DNA from: an uncultured Bacteroidota bacterium
GTDB lineage: Bacteria > Bacteroidota > Ignavibacteria > Kryptoniales > JAKASW01
Assembly (NCBI GenBank): GCA_963704305.1
Contig: OY969888.1
Span: forward strand, 3,875,010 to 3,939,009
Direction of reading: 5' to 3'
DNA length: 64,000 nucleotides
Position 1 is the stretch's first letter. Each line of letters begins with the position of its first letter. Positions 55,045-64,000 of this stretch are shown here, piece by piece. The position numbers and the translations under genes are program-made. The notes under the pieces are model-generated. The model had not been told where the DNA came from. It worked only from the letters and a program-made list of their open reading frames with translations, and ran no database searches.

Positions 55045-57844
55045 CGACTTCGTACGCTTTCTCTAACCAATCGTTTGTGCGCACGATGTCTGAGACATCA
55101 TTCAGAAATAGAATCCGTTTGTCAGTTCCGTGGTCAATGCCAATTGCACTCGAAACGACATCAAAATAATGACATAGCCCATCTATCGTTGCAGTTACTC
55201 TTGAAGTTTTCCCTCCGTCTCCGACCAGAAGCACTTTGACGAGCGGTCCGAACGAACTTTCGTCGAAGAAATCGAAAATCTTCCTGCCAATCGACAGCCT
55301 GTTCTTCAAACCGAAGGTCAAGGAGAATCTCAAATTGGAGAACTCAATTTTTCCGCTGCCGTCGGTGATTACGATAACATCGCTGCTTGAGTCGGTTATT
55401 GTGCGATATCGCGACTCAGATTCTTTCAGCTCGGCAAGTATTCGTTCTTTCCTGATTGCAAGTGCCGCTTGATGGGCAATGCCTTCCAGAAAGTGCAGCT
55501 GCTCACGAGTAAATGCACCTTTCTTCTGGAAACTGTCCAGCGAAACAACTCCCAAGGCTTCATTATCAACAAGGAGAGGAGCTGCAATCGCTGATTTCGC
55601 CTTCCCAGCTTCTGGCAACTCAGACATGACACTGAGCGAAGGGTAAGAAGTAGCGTCTTCGATAATTGCCGGAGTGCATGTCGTAAAGACTCTTCCACCC
55701 CAACCCTCACCAGGGGCTATTGCAAATTTCTCCTTCATTTCTTTTGAATATCCGATTGAGGCTGTCACCCTTAATCTATTCTCCGTCTTGCTGTAGATAA
55801 GAACGACCCCGGCATCGGCTTCGGGAACAGCATCCCTCGCCGAGGTTATCAGCATCTCCAGAAGTTCGTCAAGGCTTCCGCTGTGCATTAACGAAGCGCT
55901 AATGTCGAGAAGCTTCTGCAGCTGCTGGGTTTTCAATTTCAAGTTTTCATCAGCGATTCGATCATCCGTCACGTCGCGTGCCACGCCGAGAAGTCCTGTG
56001 ACCTTACCATCTTCGAGGATCGTGGCAACGTTATATTCCGTGATGCCGATCTCTCCTGATTTTCTCAGAAACCTGAACTCATATCTGCTCGGGACATCGC
56101 CGCCGCTCATTCGCTTCGCATAGTAGCCATTGACCTTCGGCAAATCCTCGGGGTAAACCAGTATGTCAAATTCATGTCCCAGGACTTCCTCCGACTTGTA
56201 ACCCGTGATGTCTTCGAATTTCGGATTCACGTACAATATCAGCCGATCTGTTCCTATGAGCACAACAGGATCATTGACATTCTGAAGGACAAGGCGATAG
56301 AGACTCTCGCTTCGTGACAGGTCATCGTACAGACGCGAATTGTAGAGGGCCGTTGCCAGTTGCGACGTAAAAATCTCAAGTGCGTAAAGATCGGGTTCTT
56401 TGAACGGCACGTTCTTCAGGCGCGTCAGTGCAATCATTCCGAGAAGCTGTCCGCGATAAGTGATTGGAGCGGCCAACAAGTGTTCGAGCGCAGGTTTCTC
56501 AGAAGGATATATCGACAGCGGATTCAGATGAGCGTTGTTCTCCAAAACAGGCTTGACTTCTGCAGCCGCTCTTCCGATTAATCCTTTGCCTATTGGAACC
56601 TCGACAGCAATAAAGTCGGGCCTCTTTCTCTTTCTCAGGACTGCTTTTTCCTCGCGGAGAAGCTGTAGCCTTTCATCATAGAGAAATAGGCGAACTACAT
56701 CGGATGGAATCAGCTCGTCCAATTTCTTGTGAATAATATCGAACAGTTTTCCAAGCTCAAGATTTTCATGCAGCTGGAAGCTGGTTTCATGGATGGCCGC
56801 CAGTTTCTGGTTCTGAATTATCTGTTGCTTGACACTCTCGTTGTATTCAAAGAGGAGTGAACTTATGTGGACAATGGCATCGAACGCTTCGAGCTCCTCA
56901 TCGGTGAAACTTTCCCTGACATTTCCGACAAGCATTCCCCCGAGCAATTCATCTTTGTTGTAGAAAGGTGCGTTGTATATCGACTTGACCCCGGCGAATT
57001 TCTGAATCAGTCTGGCAGCTTGCGATGGCATCGTTGTTCCAAAGACATCGGCGAAATCGGTCCCTACCCATGGTTTTCTCTCAGCGGTGTATTGATCGAC
57101 GACGCAGTTCTGCGGTTCGAAGGGAAAGACAAATGAATCCAGCGAGATCCCGAAAAATTTCTGGGCCAACTTGACGAGTTTACCTTGCGGATAGATGCCG
57201 TGAACCGTGAAACCGTTTTCACGCTGCAAGAATCGCTGGAGACTTACAACTTTCATGTCAAGCTTCTTTACGACTTGCTCCGCCATCTCCTGCATGACAG
57301 AATGCAGATCGTTTGTTTCAACCATCTTACGGACGAGAGACGCAAGAATCTCGAGCTGGTATGACTTCAAAGTTGATTGATGTCTGGCATCTATCGCCTC
57401 CCGCACGAAGCTCGAATTAACGATGTTCTTCATCAGAATTCTTGGGAACATCTTCAAGACGACACCCGTCAGTGGAAAATAAGCGTCCGCTCCCATGCGT
57501 GTCGCTTCCGTATTTATTCTGTCAGCGAAGTCCCTTGAAATCAAAACGGTTGGAAGAAACGGGTCTACTTCCTTCGCGGTTTTCAGAAGCGCCGGCACAT
57601 CTCCTATGGAAAGGTCGTAGTCAACAATCAGAGCATGATATTTTCCTGAGATCAGCTTCTTGCTGAGTCCCACGGAGCTTGATAGAACCTCAACCGAAAA
57701 CCCCATCTTTGATGACTCCAGAATCCGGCTCAATTGCTCGCGAAGGTCCATCGAGTCTTCTAGGCAGGAGTATATTCGTTTCTTGAAATGAAGTCTCGGT
57801 CGTCGGCATAGCTGACTTCTATTATACGAAAAATCAGGATACAC
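54980..57844 (-). CDS. multi-domain sensor protein (REC-like, GAF, GAF, PAS, GAF, PAS) with no output domain of its own
   Basis: Domains read from sequence include the PAS core YRLVLQNVNDPVVLIGTDRLILYVNPKFEDITGY and GAF cores (IGKGLIGRAAAE...LLAAPI and GEGWGGRVF...AIAAPL). Ends 65 nt inside the next ORF, in a different frame. Confidence 0.75.
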   Translation of the reverse strand: MYPDFSYNRSQLCRRPRLHFKKRIYSCLEDSMDLREQLSRILESSKMGFSVEVLSSSVGLSKKLISGKYHALIVDYDLSIGDVPALLKTAKEVDPFLPTVLISRDFADRINTEATRMGADAYFPLTGVVLKMFPRILMKNIVNSSFVREAIDARHQSTLKSYQLEILASLVRKMVETNDLHSVMQEMAEQVVKKLDMKVVSLQRFLQRENGFTVHGIYPQGKLVKLAQKFFGISLDSFVFPFEPQNCVVDQYTAERKPWVGTDFADVFGTTMPSQAARLIQKFAGVKSIYNAPFYNKDELLGGMLVGNVRESFTDEELEAFDAIVHISSLLFEYNESVKQQIIQNQKLAAIHETSFQLHENLELGKLFDIIHKKLDELIPSDVVRLFLYDERLQLLREEKAVLRKRKRPDFIAVEVPIGKGLIGRAAAEVKPVLENNAHLNPLSIYPSEKPALEHLLAAPITYRGQLLGMIALTRLKNVPFKEPDLYALEIFTSQLATALYNSRLYDDLSRSESLYRLVLQNVNDPVVLIGTDRLILYVNPKFEDITGYKSEEVLGHEFDILVYPEDLPKVNGYYAKRMSGGDVPSRYEFRFLRKSGEIGITEYNVATILEDGKVTGLLGVARDVTDDRIADENLKLKTQQLQKLLDISASLMHSGSLDELLEMLITSARDAVPEADAGVVLIYSKTENRLRVTASIGYSKEMKEKFAIAPGEGWGGRVFTTCTPAIIEDATSYPSLSVMSELPEAGKAKSAIAAPLLVDNEALGVVSLDSFQKKGAFTREQLHFLEGIAHQAALAIRKERILAELKESESRYRTITDSSSDVIVITDGSGKIEFSNLRFSLTFGLKNRLSIGRKIFDFFDESSFGPLVKVLLVGDGGKTSRVTATIDGLCHYFDVVSSAIGIDHGTDKRILFLNDVSDIVRTNDWLEKAYEVGVKRSGGELFEDYASLLSERL

Positions 57845-58024
57845 CTCAAAACGTTTAGGTACAAAGGACGGATTGAGAACAATGATGACCAGGCAGGAGA
57901 AAAACCGATGATGACACTTTGAATGCGTGGGACGTTTAGTATGCCGTAGCTGATGAAAGTATTTCCCGACGGACGCACCCTGTCTTCCGCCAGATCAGTT
58001 CACCGGCATCTGACATTCCCTTAC

Positions 58025-58065
58025 AAAAAGACTCAGCTCAGCGGAAGAACAACTCCCTGCTGAGC
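58025..58065 (-). terminator. candidate terminator of rpoD
   Basis: Minus strand reads GCTCAGCAGG, 11-nt loop, CCGCTGAGC. A TTTTT run follows 7 nt later. Confidence 0.45.
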
Positions 58066-58072
58066 CGAGAAA

Positions 58073-58930
58073 CTAGCCCAGATAGGCTCTCAGAGCCTTA
58101 CTGCGAGTGGCATGGCGCAGTCGGCGAATCGCCTTCTCCTTGATTTGCCGAACGCGCTCTCGAGTTAGATTGAATTTTTCCCCGATTTCTTCGAGCGTCA
58201 ACGGATGCTCCCGTTCAATCCCAAAGTACAATCTTATGACTTCAGCTTCTCTGTCGGTCAACGATTTCAGGGCTCGCTCGACTTCGGCCCTTAACGATTC
58301 CTTCATCAGAGTATAGTCCGGAGGAAGCTGGTTGTCGTCAGCCATGACATCGAGGAGTTTGTTATCCTCTCCCTGCACAAACGGCTGGTCGACTGACAAA
58401 TGCCTGCCGGAGATTTGAAGAGTCTTGTCAACCTCGTAGAGACTCATGTCGAGTTGTTCCGCTATTTCCGATGGGCTCGGCTCGCGTTCGAATTCCTGCT
58501 CGAGTTCACTGAATTTCTTCCCGATCTTGTTCAAAGCGCCGACCCGGTTCAGCGGCAACCTGACAATTCTTGATTGCTCAGCGAGCGCCTGGAGAATGGA
58601 TTGTCTGATCCACCACACTGCATAGGAGATGAACTTGAATCCGCGAGTCGGATCAAAGCGCTTTGCTGCCTTGATTAATCCAAGATTACCTTCGTTTATC
58701 AGATCGCCGAGCGAGAGGCCCTGGTTTTGATATTGTTTCGCAACGCTTACAACAAACCTCAGATTCGCCTTGATTAACTTCTCGAGAGATTTCTGATCAT
58801 TCTCTCTTACTTTAATCGCCAGCTCAATTTCCTCTTCTGGAGTCAAGAGGTCGACTTTTCCAATCTCTTGGAGATATTTGTCGATCGTCTGGTTCTCGCG
58901 AGAAGGATATTGCTTACCGACTTTGATCAT
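58073..58930 (-). CDS. rpoD: RNA polymerase sigma-70 family factor, short RpoD type
   Basis: 285 aa with regions 1.2 to 4 recognisable: [29 protein letters not shown], and the region 4 [31 protein letters not shown]. Confidence 0.85.
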   Translation of the reverse strand: MIKVGKQYPSRENQTIDKYLQEIGKVDLLTPEEEIELAIKVRENDQKSLEKLIKANLRFVVSVAKQYQNQGLSLGDLINEGNLGLIKAAKRFDPTRGFKFISYAVWWIRQSILQALAEQSRIVRLPLNRVGALNKIGKKFSELEQEFEREPSPSEIAEQLDMSLYEVDKTLQISGRHLSVDQPFVQGEDNKLLDVMADDNQLPPDYTLMKESLRAEVERALKSLTDREAEVIRLYFGIEREHPLTLEEIGEKFNLTRERVRQIKEKAIRRLRHATRSKALRAYLG

Positions 58931-59257
58931 TTATTATTGTTCCTCATTAACTTTCATGGCCGCCGTCTCTCAGGTTTATTTCCCTGATGTTTCATCGCGC
59001 CGGTCGACCTCCAATTCAATATTAACAAAAATCTCCCGGCTTGGGCTCCCGAAGTTGCAATAAAAGCTCGGCGGTCGAACACAATCCCGGACTTCGCTGG
59101 AACTTCTTGAAATTGCGTGGTGCGCCAAGACCATGCGAAGCACGCTGCAAAGAGTGAGGACTTTCGTCTCCCTCTGTAGGATGTTTCCTGAACAACGCCG
59201 AGATCTTGGCTCGTGTCTTAAAATGTCTGCAACCACGGAAGCAAACGCTTTCAGATA

Positions 59258-59455
59258 CTAGGCGTATACTTCCTTTTCATTACACTTACAGAGCTTGACC
59301 AAACTCCTGTTGTATTTATAAGTTCCCTTCTGACTCTTCTCTGCCGAGATGACGAGAATGCTCTGTTTGATCTCCCCGCATTTTGGGCATTCAGTACCTT
59401 TTTTTCCCGCAAGTGCCTTTGCAGCTTTTTCAGCAAAACTTGACGTCTTTGCCAT
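59258..59455 (-). CDS. small zinc-ribbon-like protein, hypothetical
   Basis: 65 aa with CPKC...CKC cysteine pairs. An AGGAG Shine-Dalgarno lies 9 nt upstream of the ATG, which starts 17 nt after the upstream gene stop. Confidence 0.5.
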   Translation of the reverse strand: MAKTSSFAEKAAKALAGKKGTECPKCGEIKQSILVISAEKSQKGTYKYNRSLVKLCKCNEKEVYA

Positions 59456-59471
59456 TGACTCTTCTCCTCTA

Positions 59472-61160
59472 TTACAAAATTTTCAGGACATTGCCGCCGC
59501 TCGTGTGCGCACGTTGAAGAACCTTTTGCGCAGTAATTAGAAACTCGGACGGCTCGTTCTTCCCATCAATATTCAGTACAGCAACACTTATTGTTGCCAT
59601 GTAGTTTCTAGTTCCAATCGGATAAACTTTTGCAGCCAGGTTTTTTCTGAACTTCTCGCCCCACGCGAGGGCTTCGCTCTGAGAGAATCCTTCCAGTATG
59701 ATTCCGAAAGAATGAGCCGAAACCTTCCCGATCGCGTCGTAGGGTTTCAGCCAGCCCCGGACTGTCTCCGCAACATCCGTAAGTATATAATCAACTCCAT
59801 CAGTCGAGAACCGATTTCTTATGTCGTCGATTCTGTCCAGCCCTATTAACACCAGGGCGCTCTTGATTCCGAGGTCGGCCACCCTTCCCATCTCTTCCTC
59901 AAGCCTTTCAAGGAAGAATTTTTTGTTCAATGTTCCAGTGACCCTATCGAACACGACGAACTTGTCCAGAAGCTGATACACAGAGTTGACCTCCGCGACA
60001 AACGCCCCCAGGCTGACCAGTTGCTTTATGCCTTCGATCTCGAGGGAGGAAAACTTCGAGGGAACCAGACTTTCAACGGTGATTGCACCGAAGCAAGTGT
60101 TAAAGCCAGAGAATGGAATTGCCATGAACGATCCCTTTCCGGACGGCTCTCCCTGGCTGAATCTGTGTTCTTCAACTTTTGAAAGATCTTCCATGTAAAG
60201 CGCTCTGTTCTCCCTGATCACTTTCCCGGCAAGCGTGTCGTTCAGACTTACCCTGCATCCTTCATCTACGTATTCATTGCCGGAACGTTTCAATATCCGC
60301 GACACCGACCAGGAGTGCAGATCGTTCTGCGCGACCAATGCGACGAATTCAGCATCGACAGTGTCAGATATCGCTGTGGCCACAGTCGTGAGAATAGAGC
60401 TCAGGTCGCTCTTAGACATTAATTCACTCGTCAGCCACTTCAGTGAGTTGAAAGTTGTCTTGATAACGCTAAGGTCGTATTTGTCGGTAAGTGCGCGCAG
60501 GATCGCCGACAACAGACGGGTGAAGTTTCCGAGTAAAGGAACGGTTTCACGCCCGAAGCCTTCCTCTGCCAAGCTGTCAGCAACAAGGACTGCAATTACA
60601 TCGTCCCTATAAAATATCGGCACGCCTATCAGACTCTTCACGCCGCATGAGGTTCCGTAATATGGCACAACGTCAATCTCTGCCGCTGGGTTTATTTCGG
60701 AAATAATCTCCGGTTTACCGCTAATCGCTATCCTGCTGATCACGTCGTTTCCGATCGGAAGACGTTGTTCTTTCGTGAATGAACTCGAGTTAGTCAATTT
60801 GTCCGCGACAGCCAGAAGATTCCTTTCTCTGTTAACCCAAAACAACACGGTCGTATTTGCAAAGAGAACATCTTGTACCAATTGGAGAAGCTTGTGAAGA
60901 ATCGAATGAAACTCCGCCCTTGGCTCGGCAGGAATTTGCTCTTCCGGCTTGAAGTACAACGTGTCTATGATGTTGAACCGAGGTCCTTCCTTCCTAGGGG
61001 TGAACGTCCGTTGTGATTCAGCAACGGTCGAAGGTTGTGGCTGGCTCGCAATTTCTTTTTGCGCATGATCAACCTGCGGCTCTTCGTATTCCGCATAATA
61101 CTCCGAGCTGATATCATCAAAGACAAATCTCTTTACAGGTTTCTTCGGTTGATTGCTCAT
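59472..61160 (-). CDS. GAF-domain protein with degenerate GGDEF-like C-terminal domain
   Basis: Two GAF-like regions, then a GGDEF fold (DRVTGTLNKKFFLERLEEEM...LIGLDRIDDIRNRF...) in which the GGDEF signature reads SAHSF (nt 59706-59720). Confidence 0.7.
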   Translation of the reverse strand: MSNQPKKPVKRFVFDDISSEYYAEYEEPQVDHAQKEIASQPQPSTVAESQRTFTPRKEGPRFNIIDTLYFKPEEQIPAEPRAEFHSILHKLLQLVQDVLFANTTVLFWVNRERNLLAVADKLTNSSSFTKEQRLPIGNDVISRIAISGKPEIISEINPAAEIDVVPYYGTSCGVKSLIGVPIFYRDDVIAVLVADSLAEEGFGRETVPLLGNFTRLLSAILRALTDKYDLSVIKTTFNSLKWLTSELMSKSDLSSILTTVATAISDTVDAEFVALVAQNDLHSWSVSRILKRSGNEYVDEGCRVSLNDTLAGKVIRENRALYMEDLSKVEEHRFSQGEPSGKGSFMAIPFSGFNTCFGAITVESLVPSKFSSLEIEGIKQLVSLGAFVAEVNSVYQLLDKFVVFDRVTGTLNKKFFLERLEEEMGRVADLGIKSALVLIGLDRIDDIRNRFSTDGVDYILTDVAETVRGWLKPYDAIGKVSAHSFGIILEGFSQSEALAWGEKFRKNLAAKVYPIGTRNYMATISVAVLNIDGKNEPSEFLITAQKVLQRAHTSGGNVLKIL

Positions 61161-61326
61161 TGGTGAAATTCAGAAGAGGTTAATCGCACTTCTGTCCATT
61201 TTGCATATAATATAATAGAACTGCGGGTACATTTCCAACGCTGCTGACGTCAAAAATCCCTACGAACAATCAAAAGTAAATCTTTCAATTATTTGAAACA
61301 CAAAGAGTTATGATGTAAATTTTCGT

Positions 61327-62850
61327 ATGTCTATCAATTCATTCAATCCGACAACCGGAGAGTTAATTGGGAAAATTGAAACCACGTCTCTGTGCGACTT
61401 TCCAGGGATTGTCTCTCGTGCGCGCGAGGCACAATTGGTATGGATGCAAAAGCCTTTCCGCGAACGCGAAGTACTTGTCAGAGAGTTTGGAGACATCCTG
61501 CTCCGCAGAAAGAGAAATGTAGCAGAACTAGTTTCTCGCGAAAATGGAAAGCCTGTCGTTGAGGCTTATACGTCCGAAGTCATTCCCACGCTCGACATAA
61601 TCAAATACTTTTCAAGAAAAGGAGAACGAAAGCTTCGGCAGAGACGGGTGAAAATCGGCATCCCACTCATGAAGACGAAGAAAGCATTCGTTCGGTATGA
61701 ACCCTACGGAGTGGTCGGAATAATCTCGCCATGGAATTATCCTCTGTTGCTTCCGGTAGCTCAAATTGTTCCCGCCCTTCTGAGTGGGAACGCGGTCATT
61801 TTCAAGCCGTCCGAATATACACCATTCGTGGGAGAAATGATTGCGCAACTTTTATGGGAAGCAGGAGTCCCGCTGGAGGCATTCAACATCGTCCAGGGTG
61901 CAGGGGACGTCGGCGCAGCTTTGGTCTCATCTGGCGTGGACAAATTATTTTTCACAGGTAGCACCTCGACAGGTAAGAAAGTTTCAGAACTCGCGGGAAA
62001 AAATCTGACTCCGGTGTCTCTGGAACTTGGCGGCAAGGATGCGATGATCATTCTTGACGACGCGGATATCGAAGCAGCGACGAGCGGCGCGGTATGGGGA
62101 GCTTTCATGAACGCAGGACAGACCTGCGTTTCAGTTGAGCGTTGCTTCGTCCATGAAAAGATATACGATTCATTTCTCACAACCCTTCAGCGTAAGGTCA
62201 ATGCCCTCCGCGTCGCCGGAGCCACCGGCAATGACGTCGACGTAGGACCGATGATCCACAAGGCCCAGTTCGATATTGTGAAGCTACAGGTCGGTGACGC
62301 AGTCGACAGGGGAGGAAGAATTGTCGCCGGGGGCATTTTCTCGGAAAGCGGTGGAGTTTATTTCATACCTCCCACTATTCTGGTCAACGTTTCAGCGGAT
62401 TCTCTTTTGATGAACGAAGAGACTTTCGGACCAATTCTGCCTGTCCTAAAGTTCGACTCGGACGAGGAGGCGATACGGCTCGCTAATGCTTCGAGGTTCG
62501 GGCTATCCGACTCCGTCTGGACAGGGGACAAACGTCGCGGACTTGCTGTCGCTGAGAAACTTCAAGCGGGCGCGGCAGTGGTGAATGATGTGATCGGTTA
62601 TTATGGAATCAGCGACGGAGTGGTCGGTGGGGTGAAGGAAAGCGGCACGGGCCGCGTGCACGGAACGGAAGGGCTCTTCGAGATGGTCTATCCAAAATAT
62701 TACGAGATCGAGCGCGCCCGGCGGATGAAGAAGCTATGGTGGTACAGTTATGACGACAACTTGCTTTCCTTCTTCGAAACAGCGACCGACTTCCCTCTTT
62801 TCAAAATCAATCTTCAACAGAACCCGAGCATTATTAAGGCTTGTGCCTAA
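61327..62850 (+). CDS. NAD(P)-dependent aldehyde dehydrogenase
   Basis: SPWNYPL, FTGSTSTGKKV, LELGGKDA, and the catalytic Cys region NAGQTCVSVER. Confidence 0.9.
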   Translation: MSINSFNPTTGELIGKIETTSLCDFPGIVSRAREAQLVWMQKPFREREVLVREFGDILLRRKRNVAELVSRENGKPVVEAYTSEVIPTLDIIKYFSRKGERKLRQRRVKIGIPLMKTKKAFVRYEPYGVVGIISPWNYPLLLPVAQIVPALLSGNAVIFKPSEYTPFVGEMIAQLLWEAGVPLEAFNIVQGAGDVGAALVSSGVDKLFFTGSTSTGKKVSELAGKNLTPVSLELGGKDAMIILDDADIEAATSGAVWGAFMNAGQTCVSVERCFVHEKIYDSFLTTLQRKVNALRVAGATGNDVDVGPMIHKAQFDIVKLQVGDAVDRGGRIVAGGIFSESGGVYFIPPTILVNVSADSLLMNEETFGPILPVLKFDSDEEAIRLANASRFGLSDSVWTGDKRRGLAVAEKLQAGAAVVNDVIGYYGISDGVVGGVKESGTGRVHGTEGLFEMVYPKYYEIERARRMKKLWWYSYDDNLLSFFETATDFPLFKINLQQNPSIIKACA

Positions 62851-62871
62851 ATTTGTAAGGATAAAGAAAAT

Positions 62872-63576
62872 ATGAAACTTTACGCTCTTGCTTTCGGAGC
62901 TCATCCCGATGATGTGGAGATGAGTTGCGGAGGAACTCTCTCTCTGCTTTGCAGAACCGGAAAGCCCTTTGGAATCGTCGACCTCACGAAAGGTGAGATG
63001 GGAACACGGGGTGACGCCGTGATAAGGTCAAAGGAAGCCAAGGAGGCCGCCAAGATACTGGGTGCTGACGTGCGTGTCAATCTCGACATGCCCGACTCTA
63101 ACGTAGAGCTTAGCCGCAAGAATCTCCTGAAAGTTGTCGAGGTCATAAGAAGATATCAGCCTGAAATAGTATTTGCGCCTTTCAAAGAAGAGCGACATCC
63201 TGATCATATGAATGCTCACAAGCTCGTTAGTGATTCAGTCTTCTATTCCGGCTTGATGAAGTTGAAGACGGGGAAGTTTCCCCGACACCGGCCAAGGCGT
63301 GCTTATTATTACATGCAGCATAGGCAGTTTATTCCGACGCTCTATGTCGATATCTCGAACGACTTCGACACTAAACTCGCTGCCATCAAAGCTCACAAAT
63401 CACAGTTCTTCAATCCGTCAAGCAAAGATCCGGAGACAAGCCTCTCTACTCCGGAATTCCTGGAGTATCTTATCGGCCGAATGAAGTACCATGGCAGAAT
63501 GGCTGGCGTCAGATATGCTGAGCCTTTCTGGACCACAGAAGCGGTGACGATCCATGACTTCGACGCGATAGTCTAA
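62872..63576 (+). CDS. bshB1: PIG-L/LmbE-family deacetylase, BshB1-like
   Basis: AFGAHPDDVEMSCGGTL, HPDH, and a length of 234 aa typical of bacillithiol biosynthesis deacetylase. Confidence 0.75.
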   Translation: MKLYALAFGAHPDDVEMSCGGTLSLLCRTGKPFGIVDLTKGEMGTRGDAVIRSKEAKEAAKILGADVRVNLDMPDSNVELSRKNLLKVVEVIRRYQPEIVFAPFKEERHPDHMNAHKLVSDSVFYSGLMKLKTGKFPRHRPRRAYYYMQHRQFIPTLYVDISNDFDTKLAAIKAHKSQFFNPSSKDPETSLSTPEFLEYLIGRMKYHGRMAGVRYAEPFWTTEAVTIHDFDAIV

Positions 63577-63706
63577 GTTTCCAGCTAACCGCGCATATCA
63601 CTTGTCAAGGATAAATTCCGAAGAGGAAATCAGCCAACGAGTGATGTTGGACTCAATGCGATGTCGAATTCCAATCCGGCAGAAGTAGCCAGGGATTTAA
63701 GCTTGT

Positions 63707-64000
63707 TTAGCCGACACTTCGAATCCGTCCAAGGCTCTCGATGAGTGTACGTACCTCATCTTCCGTGTTATAGAAATGGGGCGAAACTCTTATCATTCCC
63801 TGGCGAACAGCCACCTTGATTTGTTTCTTCTCCAATTCCGCTCGGTAGACTTCAGCGTTTGATACCGGAATCGAAACAATTCCTGATCGCTCGTGACGAG
63901 GACTATTTACATAAGCGCGCAGTCCCAAAGTTCTGAGCTCAGAAATCAAGATGTCACTGAGATCAAGGACATGCTCTTCGATCGCGTCGATTCCCGCTTC
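63707..64000 (-). CDS. C-terminal part of a PLP-dependent aminotransferase class V-like protein (N-terminus outside the window)
   Basis: The frame stays open to the window edge. The tail IRVSPHFYNTEDEVRTLIESL is typical of class V aminotransferase/desulfurase-like enzymes. Confidence 0.5.
   Translation of the reverse strand, partial: EAGIDAIEEHVLDLSDILISELRTLGLRAYVNSPRHERSGIVSIPVSNAEVYRAELEKKQIKVAVRQGMIRVSPHFYNTEDEVRTLIESLGRIRSVG

Noticed and set aside
1-64000. CRISPR arrays, rRNA genes, IS elements, integrases, prophage genes
   Set aside because: I scanned for regularly spaced short direct repeats, transposase or integrase motifs, and rRNA-like conserved blocks and saw none. The only notable repeat is the 53-nt pair flanking the GIY-YIG gene.

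Overview
Gene-dense 64-kb chromosomal window (roughly 90% coding by eye, mostly minus strand) from a Gram-negative bacterium, as shown by LpxB, GmhB, TatC and signal-peptide beta-barrel proteins. The short RpoD-type sigma factor, BshB1 and general gene content suggest an FCB-group or Ignavibacteria-like organism, but this is inference only. The left third is housekeeping: lpxB, smc, tatC, glyA, gmhB, glgA, mdh and rplU-rpmA. A tRNA-Ser(GCU) at 26.7 kb is followed by an accessory patch of about 3.6 kb. It holds a GIY-YIG gene bracketed by a duplicated tRNA 3' end plus hairpin, unknown small genes, a BrnT/BrnA toxin-antitoxin pair and a class-A beta-lactamase-fold hydrolase. The stand-out is the centre of the window (30.4-49.6 kb, all minus strand), a bacterial microcompartment (BMC) super-locus for L-rhamnose/L-fucose. 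It runs: Na+/solute symporter, DeoR regulator, PduL, three BMC-H, one PduT-like BMC-T, four BMC-P, acylating aldehyde dehydrogenase, PduS-like Fe-S flavoprotein, class II aldolase with a C-terminal encapsulation peptide, acetate kinase, fucI, lutABC, rhaB, rhaA. It resembles the fucose/rhamnose (PVM-like) BMC class. However, it carries PduS/PduT with no B12 enzyme and no alcohol dehydrogenase, an extra pentamer paralog, and a small unknown protein with an encapsulation-peptide-like helix. The right third holds envelope-stress genes (PspC, LiaF-like, PAP2, ICMT-like), cspA with a long hairpin-rich upstream region, a large GAF/PAS sensor plus hybrid histidine kinase, rpoD, a GAF protein with a degenerate GGDEF domain, an aldehyde dehydrogenase and bshB1. 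Three conserved reading frames (mdh, fucI and the sensor/kinase pair) are each interrupted by what looks like a 1-nt insertion in a short homopolymer. These are either assembly errors or very recent pseudogenisation. I saw no rRNA, CRISPR array, transposase or integrase. All family calls come from reading motifs in the translations. No database search was possible, and start codons are approximate.
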